Position numbers and translations under genes: made by a program
Source: Alphaproteobacteria bacterium
Lineage (GTDB): Bacteria; Pseudomonadota; Alphaproteobacteria; JAAXGF01
Direction: 5' to 3'
Length of the DNA: 64,000 nucleotides
NCBI GenBank assembly: GCA_963555825.3
Contig: CAUVXB020000002.1
Coordinates: 1,920,001 to 1,984,000 of the forward strand
Shown here: positions 7,989 to 17,914 of the stretch, piece by piece
Position numbering within the stretch: the stretch's first letter is position 1
Layout of the letters: each line of letters opens with the position of its first letter
The notes under the pieces: model-generated
What the model was told of the DNA's origin: nothing
Seen by the model: the letters and a program-made list of their open reading frames with translations, nothing else
Database searches by the model: none

Positions 7989-10624
7989 GCCGGCGCCATG
8001 AGTTCGCGCCTGCGCTCCTCGCTCATCGACCATGGCAGCCACGGCGACAGGTCGTCCGGCGGTTTGCGATCGTTCTCCGCGCACGCTGCGAGCCACGTGT
8101 CCAGCCAGCTCAGGATGTCGATGCCATTCATCGAGAGCGTGCCCACCACCGAGTACATGATCGCCGTGAACCTGGCGCCGTCCTCGCTGTCGGAACCGAA
8201 CGACAGCCGTCGCCCTATGGCCGGACCTCGTAACAATCTTTCGGCGCGATTGTTATCCAGAGGCACCTGCGGGCGGTCGACGAACACGCTCAGCCCTTCG
8301 CGATGGTTCAGCAGCGAGCGCAGCGCCCTGCCCTGGCGCGCCTGGTCCGGCAGGCCGGCCAACTCCCGGGCGGCCTCCGCGAACAGGCCGTCGAGCGCCG
8401 CCTTCAACGCGCCCTGCGCCGCGTCGAACGCCGGCGTCTGGCGCTTGATCACGGGGTCGTAATGAGCCAACCTCGCCTCGTTCAGGCGGTAGACCGACGC
8501 GATCCGCTCGATCCATCCCTGGCACCAGTCCGTCAGTCTCACCTGGCCGGCCGCGCACTCGACAAAATCGCGGCGCATATGGGACCAACAGAATGCAAGG
8601 GTCACTTTGCCCTCGCGAAGGCGAGCGAGTCGCTTGTAGGCGCTATAGCGATCGCAGACGATGACCGTGTCGAGGAGAGCGTCGCCGAACAGCTTCTGCG
8701 CCGCCTCGGCGCTGCGCGAGGGGTCGATATGGAAAGAGACCGCGTCATTGCTGACCGAGACCCACAGCCAGGCGCGGCTCGAGCGGTCTTCCCCGCGAAG
8801 TTCCTGGACGCGCCAGCTGGTCTCGTCGGCATGGCGCAGCGCCGCCTTGTTCTGGTGCGCAAGGATCGCCTCGGCCAGCGGCTCGAGCAGCGGCACGAAC
8901 CGCTTCAGGCTGTCGGCCAGCGTCCCCGGCGAGACCGTCAGCCCTTGGGCGGACATCCACGCGGCAACGCGGTGCACGGGGCGGAAGCAGGCACAGTGCT
9001 CGAACAGGAAGCGTGCCCAGAAGCTGGTCCCGTAGAGCGTCCTGGGGAACAGCCGCGGCACCGGGGGCGCCGACACTTCCATGGGCGACGACGCGCACTC
9101 GCAGGTCCGGCGCCAGCGCGGACGGCGGATCACGCGCTTGTAGGCCTTGACCTCGATCTCGACGAGGGTGGATTCCTCGGCGCCGTTCGGCGCATAGGGC
9201 TGCCCGCACCGGCCGCAGACGCACGCATCCGGCGGCGGGTTGTGCTCTTCGGTGCGCTCATCGAGCCCGGGCCGCTGGGTGCGGCCGTGGCCGGGCGCGC
9301 CGCGCTGCTGGCCGCGCTTGTGTTCCGAGCCCGGCTTGTCCTGCTGCTCGCTCTTGCGGCCGTAGAGCGCCCTCGACAGCACCGCCCCGGTCGCACGAAG
9401 CCTCTCAAGCTGGACTTCCAGCGTCTCGATCCGGTTCCGCGACGTCTTCGCGCCCTTGCGCAGGCGGGCGTTCTCCCGGGACAGCGACTTGATCGTAGCC
9501 TTCTGGCGCCGCGACCTTCGCAGAGCCCTGCGGAGATCGGCGTCTGCAACGGACAGCGACTTCGACAACGTCTTCCTGACCGCTCGAAGCCCGGCAAGCT
9601 CGGCCTCGAGTGCCTTCCTGATCGCGCGAAGCTTGGCAGGCTGAACCTCCAGCGCCGCTTTCCGGGTCTCCAACTTCCGCATGGTCCTGCGCAGACGGCC
9701 GTTGTCCTTGCGCAGCGCCTCGATCGTCGTCTTCTGGCGCCGCGATCGCCTCAACGCCGCGCGCAGTTGAGCAGCCTCGTCGGACGGCAGCTTCGACAGC
9801 GTCGCCCCGGCCGCCCGAAGCTTGGCGAGCCGGGCCTTCAACTTCTCCTTACCGGCTTTGGACACCTCCAGGGCATGGCGCAGCCAGAAAACCTCGTCGG
9901 ACAGCGACCGGGCGCGGGCCTCGGCGTCGCCCAGTATCCTCACCTCCCGGTGGAGCCGAAGGGACTCGCTGGACAGCTTCTTCGCGGTCTCCCTGATGCG
10001 CTCCGTCCTCTCCTTCTCCTGGTCGAGGCGCGTGTTCAGCCGGGCGTTCTCCTTGTCCCGCCGGACCACCTCCTTGTCGAGCCGGCGGAGTTCCGTGCGA
10101 AGCGACCTGACGGTCTCCTTCTGGTCCGGGGAAGGCTCCAGGACGGTGCGCCGCCGGGGCGGAGCGGGCCACGGCCCGGTCGCGCCCTCACGGGCCTTCG
10201 ATGCCGCCAGGGCCTTGCGCAGCCGGGCGTTCTCCTTGCGCAGCGCCCCGGCCGTATCGAAGGCCGACGCGATGCCGGCTTCAGAAAGGAGCGTCTCCAG
10301 GCGCGCCACTTCCGCCTGCAAGGACGGCACGTCCCTTGCCGTGCGGCGGGCTTCCTTCGTCTCTTCGACGGCCTCACTCAGCCTGCGCCGGCAGGCCTTG
10401 AACCGAGACTTCCACGAACCGCCATCGCTGCGGGCGGCCACTTCCGCCCAGCGCAGCTCTTCCGCCCGCGCTTCGGCCGCGTCCGCCCGCGCCCGTTCCC
10501 GCTCACACTGTGACCGCCAGTCGCGCGGCGCGTGCTCCGGCACCGACACGGGGGACAACCGGACCCCGCCATTACCCTCGACCAGCGTCAGGTTGGTGCC
10601 AAAATCCTCGTCCAGAACCACCAT
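7985..10624 (-). CDS. IS66 family transposase TnpC with ~430-aa coiled-coil N-terminal extension (start uncertain)
   Basis: LYGRKSEQ, GAPGHGR, CxCxxCG, HADETSW, CWSHMRRDF and DNNRAERLLR. Confidence 0.9.
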   Translation of the reverse strand: MVVLDEDFGTNLTLVEGNGGVRLSPVSVPEHAPRDWRSQCERERARADAAEARAEELRWAEVAARSDGGSWKSRFKACRRRLSEAVEETKEARRTARDVPSLQAEVARLETLLSEAGIASAFDTAGALRKENARLRKALAASKAREGATGPWPAPPRRRTVLEPSPDQKETVRSLRTELRRLDKEVVRRDKENARLNTRLDQEKERTERIRETAKKLSSESLRLHREVRILGDAEARARSLSDEVFWLRHALEVSKAGKEKLKARLAKLRAAGATLSKLPSDEAAQLRAALRRSRRQKTTIEALRKDNGRLRRTMRKLETRKAALEVQPAKLRAIRKALEAELAGLRAVRKTLSKSLSVADADLRRALRRSRRQKATIKSLSRENARLRKGAKTSRNRIETLEVQLERLRATGAVLSRALYGRKSEQQDKPGSEHKRGQQRGAPGHGRTQRPGLDERTEEHNPPPDACVCGRCGQPYAPNGAEESTLVEIEVKAYKRVIRRPRWRRTCECASSPMEVSAPPVPRLFPRTLYGTSFWARFLFEHCACFRPVHRVAAWMSAQGLTVSPGTLADSLKRFVPLLEPLAEAILAHQNKAALRHADETSWRVQELRGEDRSSRAWLWVSVSNDAVSFHIDPSRSAEAAQKLFGDALLDTVIVCDRYSAYKRLARLREGKVTLAFCWSHMRRDFVECAAGQVRLTDWCQGWIERIASVYRLNEARLAHYDPVIKRQTPAFDAAQGALKAALDGLFAEAARELAGLPDQARQGRALRSLLNHREGLSVFVDRPQVPLDNNRAERLLRGPAIGRRLSFGSDSEDGARFTAIMYSVVGTLSMNGIDILSWLDTWLAACAENDRKPPDDLSPWLPWSMSEERRRELMAPA

Positions 10625-11427
10625 GCGCACGACGATAGCGCATGGCAAATCGCGTTACCAGCAGAAAGACAGCACCTTGTGGGGCCTCGCCTCAACGTGG
10701 GAGATGCGCTTGACGGGACCCATTCCACGGCCTGAACGAACGCTTACGCGCGTCGCGTCGACGTTGCCCTCGCGCGCCAGATAGGCGGCCCAGTGCGCCG
10801 CCGAGCGGACCGAGCCGAGCCAATGCGGCATCTGCTCGTAAGCATCGGTATGGGCGTCGAAATGGACCAGCGCGGCGGGCCGGCCGCCGGTGATGTTGGC
10901 GTTCGGGCCGGCGATCGCCTTGAGGATCGGGCCGGTGATCGAATGGTCGCCGCCGATCGAGACGGGTAGCGTGCCGGCGGTGTCGAGCCGTTTGTAGAAC
11001 GCCTCGATATGCTCGACCGAGATGTCGTTGACCATCGCCTCGGGCAGCGGCACGTCGCCCATGTCGTTGATCCGGCAAACGTCCCAGGGCACGACCCGGA
11101 AGTTGTTGTGGGCGCGCCGGTAGAAACCCGAGACGTGGCGCATGGCGCGCGGCGCCAGGTGCTGGTCGCGCTCGGTCGAGCCGTTGCCGGAGCTGTGCGG
11201 CACGCCGACCAGCGCGATGTCGCAGTTGGCCGGGTCCTCGTCATGCGGGCAGCGGAACAGGGTCGGCACGCCCCACCAATACCAACTGCCGACCGATTTC
11301 CGCGCCTTCGCGAACCATTCGTCGTCGTAACGGTCTTCTGTCAACATCTTCGCCTCCCTGGGTTTGGGCATTGCATCGAAGCCTAGAGCGGGCGGCGCGC
11401 CGAGTCATCGGCGTTTGTGCTGCGGCG

Positions 11428-12954
11428 TCAGTGACCGCCCGATCCGGGTCTTGTCGGTCGGAAGAAGAACACCGTCGGTATCAGCGCCGCAGTGGCGATG
11501 GCGAGCAGCACGAACGAGTTGTTGTAGGCGATCATCGCCGCCTGGCGGGTGACCTCGTGATCGAGCGCGGCCAGCGCGCCGGCCTCGGCGAGGTCCCAGA
11601 TTTCGGCAACCGATGGGTATTGGAACAGCTCGTTGAACGGATTGACGTGCTCGACGAGCATCTCATGGGTTGCCTGGGTCTGGCGCGTGTGGATCGCGAT
11701 GACGCCGGCGACGCCGACCGCGCTGCCGATGTCGAATTGCAGATAGAAGATCGCGTAGCCCTCGGCCTGGAGGCGTTTGTCGAGCGTACCGAGCGCCAGC
11801 GCGCTGACCGGCACCCACATCATGCCCGACGCGATGCCCTGGATGAGGTTGGGCCAAATGACTTCCCACGGGCGCACATCGACGTTCCAGTGCGCCATCT
11901 CCCAGCCGGTAAAGACGGTCGCCACGAGCGTCCAAAAGATCACCGTGCGCGGGTCGACCCGATGCTCGATCTGGCCGATAAGCAGCAGCCCGACGATGAC
12001 GCCGATGCCGCGCGGGATCAGCATGAAGCCAGCCTGGGTCGCCGGATAGCCGGCGAGCTGCTCGAGCAACAGCGGCAACAGGATGTTGGGCAGGATGATG
12101 ATCGCGCCGAATATCAGCAGGAAGAACAGGCTGAGCACGTAGTTGAAGTTGCGAAACAGCGCGCGGTCGATGAACGGCCGCTCGGCGGTTATCGTGTTGA
12201 CGGCAAACAGGTAGAAGGCGATGCCGGCGATCAGGGCCTCGGCGATCACCTCGGGCGATTCGAACCAGTCGAGCCGCTGGCCGCGGCCGAGCGCAAGCTG
12301 GGCCGCGGCGATGCCGATCATCAGCGTCGCGAAACCGAACCAGTCGAGCCGGCGCTTCGGGTCGTTGGGAATCTCGGGGATGAAGATCCAGGCGGCGATG
12401 AACGAGACGATGCCGACCGGGATGGTGATATAGAACATCCACGGCCAGCCGTATTGCTCGATCAGCCAGCCGCCGGCGACCGGGCCGAACGCGCCGCCGG
12501 CGACGATCGCGATCGCCCAGATCGAGGTCGCCTTGCCGTGCCGTTCGGGCGGGAAGGCGTCGACCGTGATCGCCTGGCCGAGCGGGATCAGCGGCGCGCC
12601 GAGGACGCCCTGGATGAAACGCCAGAAGACCATCTCTTCGAGCGAGGTCGCCATGCCGCAACCCAGCAGCGTCAGGGTGTAGCCGGCCAGGGAGAGCATG
12701 AACACCCGCTTGCGGCCGAGGCGCGCGGTGACCCAGCCGACGCTGCCCATCATCATCGCCGAGCCGATCATGAAGGCGGTCATCACCCAGGCGATCTGGT
12801 CGGGCGTCGCCGAGAAGGTGCCCTGCATGTGCGGCAGGCCGACGCCGACGACGGTCCAGGTGAAGTCGTAGGCCGCGGTGCCGATGGTCGCCGCGACGAC
12901 CAGCACCGCCCGGTTGAGACCGGTCGGCAACGCTTGCGCAGTCGCGTCGGTCAT
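11428..12954 (-). CDS. DHA2 family MFS efflux permease (EmrB-like)
   Basis: Multiple TM segments. Motifs WVMTAF, RFIQG..GA and LDWFGF. Confidence 0.92.
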   Translation of the reverse strand: MTDATAQALPTGLNRAVLVVAATIGTAAYDFTWTVVGVGLPHMQGTFSATPDQIAWVMTAFMIGSAMMMGSVGWVTARLGRKRVFMLSLAGYTLTLLGCGMATSLEEMVFWRFIQGVLGAPLIPLGQAITVDAFPPERHGKATSIWAIAIVAGGAFGPVAGGWLIEQYGWPWMFYITIPVGIVSFIAAWIFIPEIPNDPKRRLDWFGFATLMIGIAAAQLALGRGQRLDWFESPEVIAEALIAGIAFYLFAVNTITAERPFIDRALFRNFNYVLSLFFLLIFGAIIILPNILLPLLLEQLAGYPATQAGFMLIPRGIGVIVGLLLIGQIEHRVDPRTVIFWTLVATVFTGWEMAHWNVDVRPWEVIWPNLIQGIASGMMWVPVSALALGTLDKRLQAEGYAIFYLQFDIGSAVGVAGVIAIHTRQTQATHEMLVEHVNPFNELFQYPSVAEIWDLAEAGALAALDHEVTRQAAMIAYNNSFVLLAIATAALIPTVFFFRPTRPGSGGH

Positions 12955-14102
12955 AGCGCGTCGAGGGCGTCCGCCAGCGCGTTCTTGATCATCGCCTTGA
13001 TGTCGCGCTCACGCTCGGTGTCGATCGAGACGGTCACGGTCATGCCGGCCCTGAGCCGCGCGGTATCGTGGCGCGCGTCGAGCTTGAGGCGCACCGGCAC
13101 GCGCTGCACCACCTTGACCCAGTTGCCGGTCGCATTCTGCGGCGGCAACAGCGAGAACACGGCGCCGGTCGCCGGGCTGATGCTGTCGACCGTCGCGTCG
13201 AACACCTCGTCCGGGTAGGCGTCGACCACAGCGGTCGCCTTTTGGCCGACCTCGATGTGGGTGAGGTGGACCTCCTTGAGGTTGACCTCGATCCACGGGT
13301 CGCCGGTCGCGATCAGCGCGAACACCAGGTCGCCGGCCTCGACGTATTCGCCGGTCTCGAGCCCGACCGCGCTCAACACGCCGGCGACCGGCGCATAGGC
13401 CGCGGTGTGCGCCAGATCGAGCGCCGCGCGGTCGCGCCGCGCCTTGGCCTGCAAATACAGCGGGTGGCGCTCGATCGGCGCGTCGAGTTTGCCGCCCAGC
13501 TCGGCGAGCACCATGCGGTTCTGCTCGCGCAGCACCTCGATCTGTTGGCGCGACATTTCGAGATCGTGCAGCGCCGCGTCGAACTTGGCGCGCGAGCCGG
13601 TTCCCTTGGACTGGAGTTGCTCCTGGCGTTCGTACTCGACGACGAGGTAGCGCGTGCGCTCGCCGGCGGCGGCGATCTCGCGTTGGCCTTGGCGGTATTG
13701 CGCGCGCATCGACGTGATGCGCTGGCGCACGATGGTCAGCTCGGCGTCGGCCGCGGCGAGCGAAATCTCGTAGGGCTCGGTGTCGAGCTGAAACAAGAGC
13801 TGGCCTTCCTCGACCTGCTGGTTGTCGGCGACCAGCACCCGGACGACGCGGCCGTCGATGTCGGGGCTGATGTTGACGATGCCGGCCTTCACATAGGCGT
13901 TCTCGGCAGTCACGTAACGCCCGCCGGTGGCGTAGAAATAACCGGCCGCCGCGATCGTCGCGACCGGCACGGCGAGCAGGAAGAAGCCGCGGAGGACGAA
14001 TCGCCCGAAGCCGCCCCGCTTGCGCGTCGGCTCGCTCGGCGCCGGCTCGGGCGTCTCCGGCGCCTCGACCGGCGAGGCCCCCGGAAGGTCAACGATGGTC
14101 AC
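12951..14102 (-). CDS. HlyD/EmrA family membrane fusion protein
   Basis: SISPATGAVFSLLPPQNATGNWVKVVQRVPVR. Confidence 0.93.
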   Translation of the reverse strand: MTIVDLPGASPVEAPETPEPAPSEPTRKRGGFGRFVLRGFFLLAVPVATIAAAGYFYATGGRYVTAENAYVKAGIVNISPDIDGRVVRVLVADNQQVEEGQLLFQLDTEPYEISLAAADAELTIVRQRITSMRAQYRQGQREIAAAGERTRYLVVEYERQEQLQSKGTGSRAKFDAALHDLEMSRQQIEVLREQNRMVLAELGGKLDAPIERHPLYLQAKARRDRAALDLAHTAAYAPVAGVLSAVGLETGEYVEAGDLVFALIATGDPWIEVNLKEVHLTHIEVGQKATAVVDAYPDEVFDATVDSISPATGAVFSLLPPQNATGNWVKVVQRVPVRLKLDARHDTARLRAGMTVTVSIDTERERDIKAMIKNALADALDAL

Positions 14103-14214
14103 GGGGAACCATCAAACGAAATTCATCCATCCTCGACCAATAAGACCATTTCCGGCGTTTGACAAACGATCAAGATTCATGGGATAGATTAGTTGAATTC
14201 ATGCATAGGCGGTC

Positions 14215-15135
14215 ATGACCGGAACCCTGCCTTCGCCCATCGCGCTGCGCGCCTTCGAGGCCGCCGCCAGGCATCTGAGCTTCACCCGCGCGGCCGCCGA
14301 GCTCAACGTCACCCAGGCGGCGATCAGCCACCAGATCAAGGCGCTCGAAACCGAGCTTGGCGTCCGCCTGTTCCTGCGCCTGACGCGTCGGCTCGCGCTG
14401 ACCGAGGACGGCACGGCGCTGGCCGCCGCGGTCGGCGACGCCTTCGAGCGCATCACGGCGGCCGCCGGGCGGCTGCGCGCCGAGGGCGGAACGGGCCGGC
14501 TGACGGTCAGCGTCGGCCCCTATTTCTCGGCCGCCTGGCTGTCGCTCCGTATCGGCCGCTTCTGGCGGCGCTATCCCAACATCCAGCTTCACCTGCACCA
14601 CACCATGGAGTCGGCCGATTTTCGCAAGTCCGAGATCGATCTGGCGGTCGATTGGGGCTGGGGCGCGGTCGATTGGCCCGGGCTCGATGCCGAGCTGTTC
14701 ATGCGCCTGCACGTGACACCGGTGTGCAGCCTGGCGCTGCTCGACGGCCCCCATCCCCTGCGCGAACCGCGCGACCTCGGCCGTCACACGCTGTTGCACG
14801 AGGCCGATCATCAGGGCTGGGCGCTGTGGCTCGCGGCGGCCGGCGCGACCGGCGTCGACGCCGAGGCCGGCCCGGTAATCGACGACCACAACGTCTTGGT
14901 GCATGCCGCCATGGAGGGCCAGGGCGTCGCGCTCGCCGAGGCGAGCTTCATCGGCGACGACGTCGCCGCCGGCCGCCTGGCGCGGCCCTTCGGCCTCGCC
15001 GTCGATATCGACGCCGCCTACTACATCGTCTGCCCGCCGGGCGCCCTCGAGCGTCCCAAGGTGCGCGCCTTCCGGGACTGGCTGTTCGAGGAAGCCGCCG
15101 TCCACCGCGCCGCCGCCGCCGCCGACGCGGCGTGA
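14215..15135 (+). CDS. LysR family regulator (GcvA-like), divergent from the efflux operon
   Basis: LRAFEAAARHLSFTRAAAELNVTQAAISHQIKALE. Confidence 0.93.
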   Translation: MTGTLPSPIALRAFEAAARHLSFTRAAAELNVTQAAISHQIKALETELGVRLFLRLTRRLALTEDGTALAAAVGDAFERITAAAGRLRAEGGTGRLTVSVGPYFSAAWLSLRIGRFWRRYPNIQLHLHHTMESADFRKSEIDLAVDWGWGAVDWPGLDAELFMRLHVTPVCSLALLDGPHPLREPRDLGRHTLLHEADHQGWALWLAAAGATGVDAEAGPVIDDHNVLVHAAMEGQGVALAEASFIGDDVAAGRLARPFGLAVDIDAAYYIVCPPGALERPKVRAFRDWLFEEAAVHRAAAAADAA

Positions 15136-15136
15136 C

Positions 15137-15167
15137 CTTGACGCGAGGCCGTGTTTTTCCCATATAT
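15137..15167 (+). promoter_or_regulatory. RpoH (sigma32)-type promoter
   Basis: CTTGAC at 15137 and CCCATAT at 15159, upstream of a small heat-shock gene. Confidence 0.65.
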
Positions 15168-15169
15168 GG

Positions 15170-15261
15170 CGGGCCGGCGCCCTGAACGGGCCGGCGCAGA
15201 TTGGGGCGCCCCTCGGGGGCCCGCATCGTCGCTCGCTCAGCCATGAGGAGGATACGACGTG
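15170..15261 (+). promoter_or_regulatory. ROSE-type RNA thermometer
   Basis: GC-rich upstream hairpins. CUCGCUC pairs with SD GAGGAG with a bulged G, closed by GUCG/CGAC next to the GTG start. Confidence 0.65.
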
Positions 15262-15723
15262 ACGCGACTCTCGCTCTTCGACTCGCCACTTCTGCTCGGC
15301 TTCGAGCGCTTCGAGCGCATTATCGACCTCGCCTCGAAGGCGTCGGCCGAGGGCTACCCGCCCTACAACATCGAGCAGATCGGCGACGACCGTCTGCGCA
15401 TTACCGTCGCGCTCGCCGGCTTCACCGCCGACGATCTCGCCATCACGGTCGAGGACAACCAGCTGGTGATCCGCGGCAAGCAGACCGACGACGCCGAGCG
15501 CAGCTACCTGCACCGCGGCATCGCGGCGCGCCAGTTCCAGCGCAGCTTCGTGCTCGCCGAGGGCATCGAGGTGGCCGGCGCCGCGCTCGACAACGGCCTG
15601 CTGCACATCGACCTGGCGCGCCCCGAGCCCGAGACCAGGGTGCGCCGGATCGAGATCGAGACGATGGGCGCCGGCAGCCGCGCGCTGCCGACCGGCGGCG
15701 GCAAGGCCGCCGCGGGCGAATAG
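15259..15723 (+). CDS. Small heat shock protein Hsp20/IbpA family
   Basis: YPPYNIEQ, YLHRGIAARQFQRSFVLA and NGLLHIDL. Confidence 0.95.
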   Translation: MTRLSLFDSPLLLGFERFERIIDLASKASAEGYPPYNIEQIGDDRLRITVALAGFTADDLAITVEDNQLVIRGKQTDDAERSYLHRGIAARQFQRSFVLAEGIEVAGAALDNGLLHIDLARPEPETRVRRIEIETMGAGSRALPTGGGKAAAGE

Positions 15724-15763
15724 CCGGAACCAGCCAGAAACGAGAACCAGGAGGACCATAACC

Positions 15764-15985
15764 ATGGACGACCACACGCCCATCGCCGACGGTGCATCCG
15801 CGATCGACTCATGGTTCGACTTCGATCTGCCGAACCGCGCCTATATCGGCCGCGTCGAGATCGACGGCGAGGCCGGCTACGCGATCCGCGACGCCGAGGG
15901 CACCGTGCTCGCGGTGCTCGCCGAACGCGACATCGCCTTCGCCGTGGCGCGCCAGCACGACCTCGACCCGGTCAGCATGCACTGA
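15764..15985 (+). CDS. DUF1150-like small protein
   Basis: AFAVARQHDLDPVSMH C-terminus. Typical position after ibpA. AGGAGG SD. Confidence 0.75.
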   Translation: MDDHTPIADGASAIDSWFDFDLPNRAYIGRVEIDGEAGYAIRDAEGTVLAVLAERDIAFAVARQHDLDPVSMH

Positions 15986-16025
15986 CGTTCATCGGCGGCC
16001 CGGTCGCGCCGCCACGTTCAACGCC

Positions 16026-16244
16026 CTAGCCCGGAATTCTGACCATGGACGGTCGCGGCACGGCGGATATCGGATGACGGGCTAGGAAAGCTGCGCGGAT
16101 AATCAAGGGGACGTGATACTTAATTCAAACCGATTAAGTATACTGTCACCATATAATTAGGTATCACGTCCCCTTAATTTCTTAATTGCTTAATTGGATC
16201 CGTCGCTCTTTGCGCGGCTGATCATGGTGAGAAGTTCGGGCTAG
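16026..16244. repeat. CTAG-bounded MITE-like repeat, copy A
   Basis: Left end CTAGCCCGGAATTCTGACCATGGA, right end CATGGTGAGAAGTTCGGGCTAG. First ~65 bp are similar to 40980-41045. Confidence 0.75.
16105..16175. repeat. AT-rich REP/REPIN-like inverted repeat
   Basis: AAGGGGACGTGATACTTAATT ... AATTAGGTATCACGTCCCCTT (20/21 complementary). Confidence 0.75.
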
Positions 16245-17914
16245 ACCGGCAGCCGAACGACGAATCGAGCGCCTGCGGTCTGTCCGCCGTCATCGCCGCG
16301 GTTCTCGGCGAAGATCACGCCGTCATGCGCTTCGACGATCCGCTTCGAGATGCTCAGGCCCAGGCCCGAATGGATGCCGAAGGTCTCGCCCGGCGGCCGT
16401 TCGGTATAGAAGCGCTCGAAGATCGCCTCGAGCTGGCCTTCGGGGAGGCCGGGGCCGTCGTCCTCGACGGTGACCTCGACGACGGCGGTTCCGCCGACCT
16501 CGTGACGCCGCGCGGCGAGGCGAATGACGCCGCCCGGCGGGCTGAACGAGCGTGCGTTGCTGATCAGGTTCTCGAACAGTTGCGCGATGCGCCGCTCGTC
16601 GCCCTCGACGATCAGCGCGCCGTCGTCGCCTGGTGCGAGTTCGACGGCCGGATCGCCCGGCTTGGCGGTTTCGCGATGGACCTCGACCAGGGCGGCCATC
16701 ATGTGGCCGATGTCGACCGGCGCGATCTCGGCACGCGCCAGCTCGGCATCGAGGCGCGAGGCGTCCGAGATGTCGCTGATCAGCCGGTCGAGCCGGCGGA
16801 CGTCATCGCGCATGATCGCCAGCAGCTTCTGCCGTCGCTCGGGGTCCTCGAGGCGCGCCAGCGATTCGAGCGCGCTGGTCATCGAGGTCAGCGGGTTCTT
16901 GATCTCATGGGCGACGTCGGCGGCGAAGCGCTCGATCTCGACGAGGCGGTCGGACAGCTCGCGCGTCATGTCGGCCAGCGAGCGCGACAGATCGCCGATC
17001 TCGTCGCCGCGCGCCGAGAAGTCGGGGATTCTGTCGGCGCCGCCGTGGCCGTGGCGCACCGCCTCGGCGGCCTCGGCCAGGCGGTGAATCGGGCGCGCGA
17101 TGGTGCCGGCGAGATAAAGCGACAGGAGAACGGTGATGCCCAGGCCGACCGCGAACAGCTCGAGGATCGCGATGCGCACCTCGCGCAGGCTTTCCTCGAC
17201 GTCGGCGATCGCCGTCGACAGCAACAGCGCGCCCTGGACCAGCTTGAAGCGCTGCACCGGCACGGCGACGATGAGCTGCACGCCGAGCTCGCCGCCGTCG
17301 CGCAGTGACCAGGCGCCGTCGCCGGCCAGCGCCTGGCGGACCTCGCGATAGTCGTCGGCGCTCTGGTTCTCGGCCTCGACATAGCGCTCGAGCGCCTCGC
17401 GCGGCGGCAACCGCTCGAAGATCCATTCGTAGACCGCCTCGATGCGGCGCAGCGTCGGGCCGTCGTCGGGCGGCGGCAGCGCTTCGGCCTGCACCTCGCC
17501 GCCGGTGACCGTCAACTGCCGGCTATCGGCGACCAAGCGGCCGTTGGCCGCGAACAGCCGGGCGCGCCGGCCGGTCGGCAGGACGAGGCGGATGAGCAAC
17601 TGGCGCGCCGCGTCGACGTCGATGACGTAGACACCCTCGGCGTCGCCGACGACGACGGTCTCGCCGAGCGCCGCGGCGATGATCTTGCCCTGGGTGGCGA
17701 GCGCGGCGGCCTTGGCGTCGATCAGACCCTGGCGGTAGTCGTCGAGATAAAGCAAGCCGACGACGACGATGCCGAGCGCCGCCACGTTGATCGCGAGGAT
17801 GCGCCGGGTCAGCGACGAGAATGGCCCGCGGCGCACCCGCCGCGGCGGCCGATGGGCGTCACGCCGGGCGCCGTCCCGGCCCGTCTGTGCGCCACGCGCC
17901 GGCGACCTGTTCAT
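16241..17914 (-). CDS. chvG: Sensor histidine kinase ChvG/ExoS
   Basis: [35 protein letters not shown] and [15 protein letters not shown]. Coupled to chvI. Confidence 0.92.
   Translation of the reverse strand: MNRSPARGAQTGRDGARRDAHRPPRRVRRGPFSSLTRRILAINVAALGIVVVGLLYLDDYRQGLIDAKAAALATQGKIIAAALGETVVVGDAEGVYVIDVDAARQLLIRLVLPTGRRARLFAANGRLVADSRQLTVTGGEVQAEALPPPDDGPTLRRIEAVYEWIFERLPPREALERYVEAENQSADDYREVRQALAGDGAWSLRDGGELGVQLIVAVPVQRFKLVQGALLLSTAIADVEESLREVRIAILELFAVGLGITVLLSLYLAGTIARPIHRLAEAAEAVRHGHGGADRIPDFSARGDEIGDLSRSLADMTRELSDRLVEIERFAADVAHEIKNPLTSMTSALESLARLEDPERRQKLLAIMRDDVRRLDRLISDISDASRLDAELARAEIAPVDIGHMMAALVEVHRETAKPGDPAVELAPGDDGALIVEGDERRIAQLFENLISNARSFSPPGGVIRLAARRHEVGGTAVVEVTVEDDGPGLPEGQLEAIFERFYTERPPGETFGIHSGLGLSISKRIVEAHDGVIFAENRGDDGGQTAGARFVVRLPV

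Larger units (their letters stand above)
7048..10747 (-). mobile_element. IS66-family element (3700 bp), TnpC-only type, with a DUF4338 passenger gene
   Basis: 26-bp perfect TIR GTAAGCGTTCGTTCAGGCCGTGGAAT. 8-bp TSD GCGCGTCG at 7040-7047 and 10748-10755. Confidence 0.95.
6614..11347 (-). pseudogene. Agmatinase/ureohydrolase family gene interrupted by an IS66-type element (segments 11347-10748 and 7039-6614, ~341 aa)
   Basis: GGDHSI and HFDAHTD in the 5' part. QIGIRG and TFDMDALDP in the 3' part. The parts rejoin in frame as GNVDATR|SVQIGIRG. Confidence 0.92.

Noticed and set aside
8303-10513. 736-aa plus-strand ORF and similar long antisense ORFs (e.g. 11371-13218, 36760-38958, 48357-50645, 55050-56969)
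   Set aside because: Shadow frames of real high-GC genes, with no recognisable motifs.
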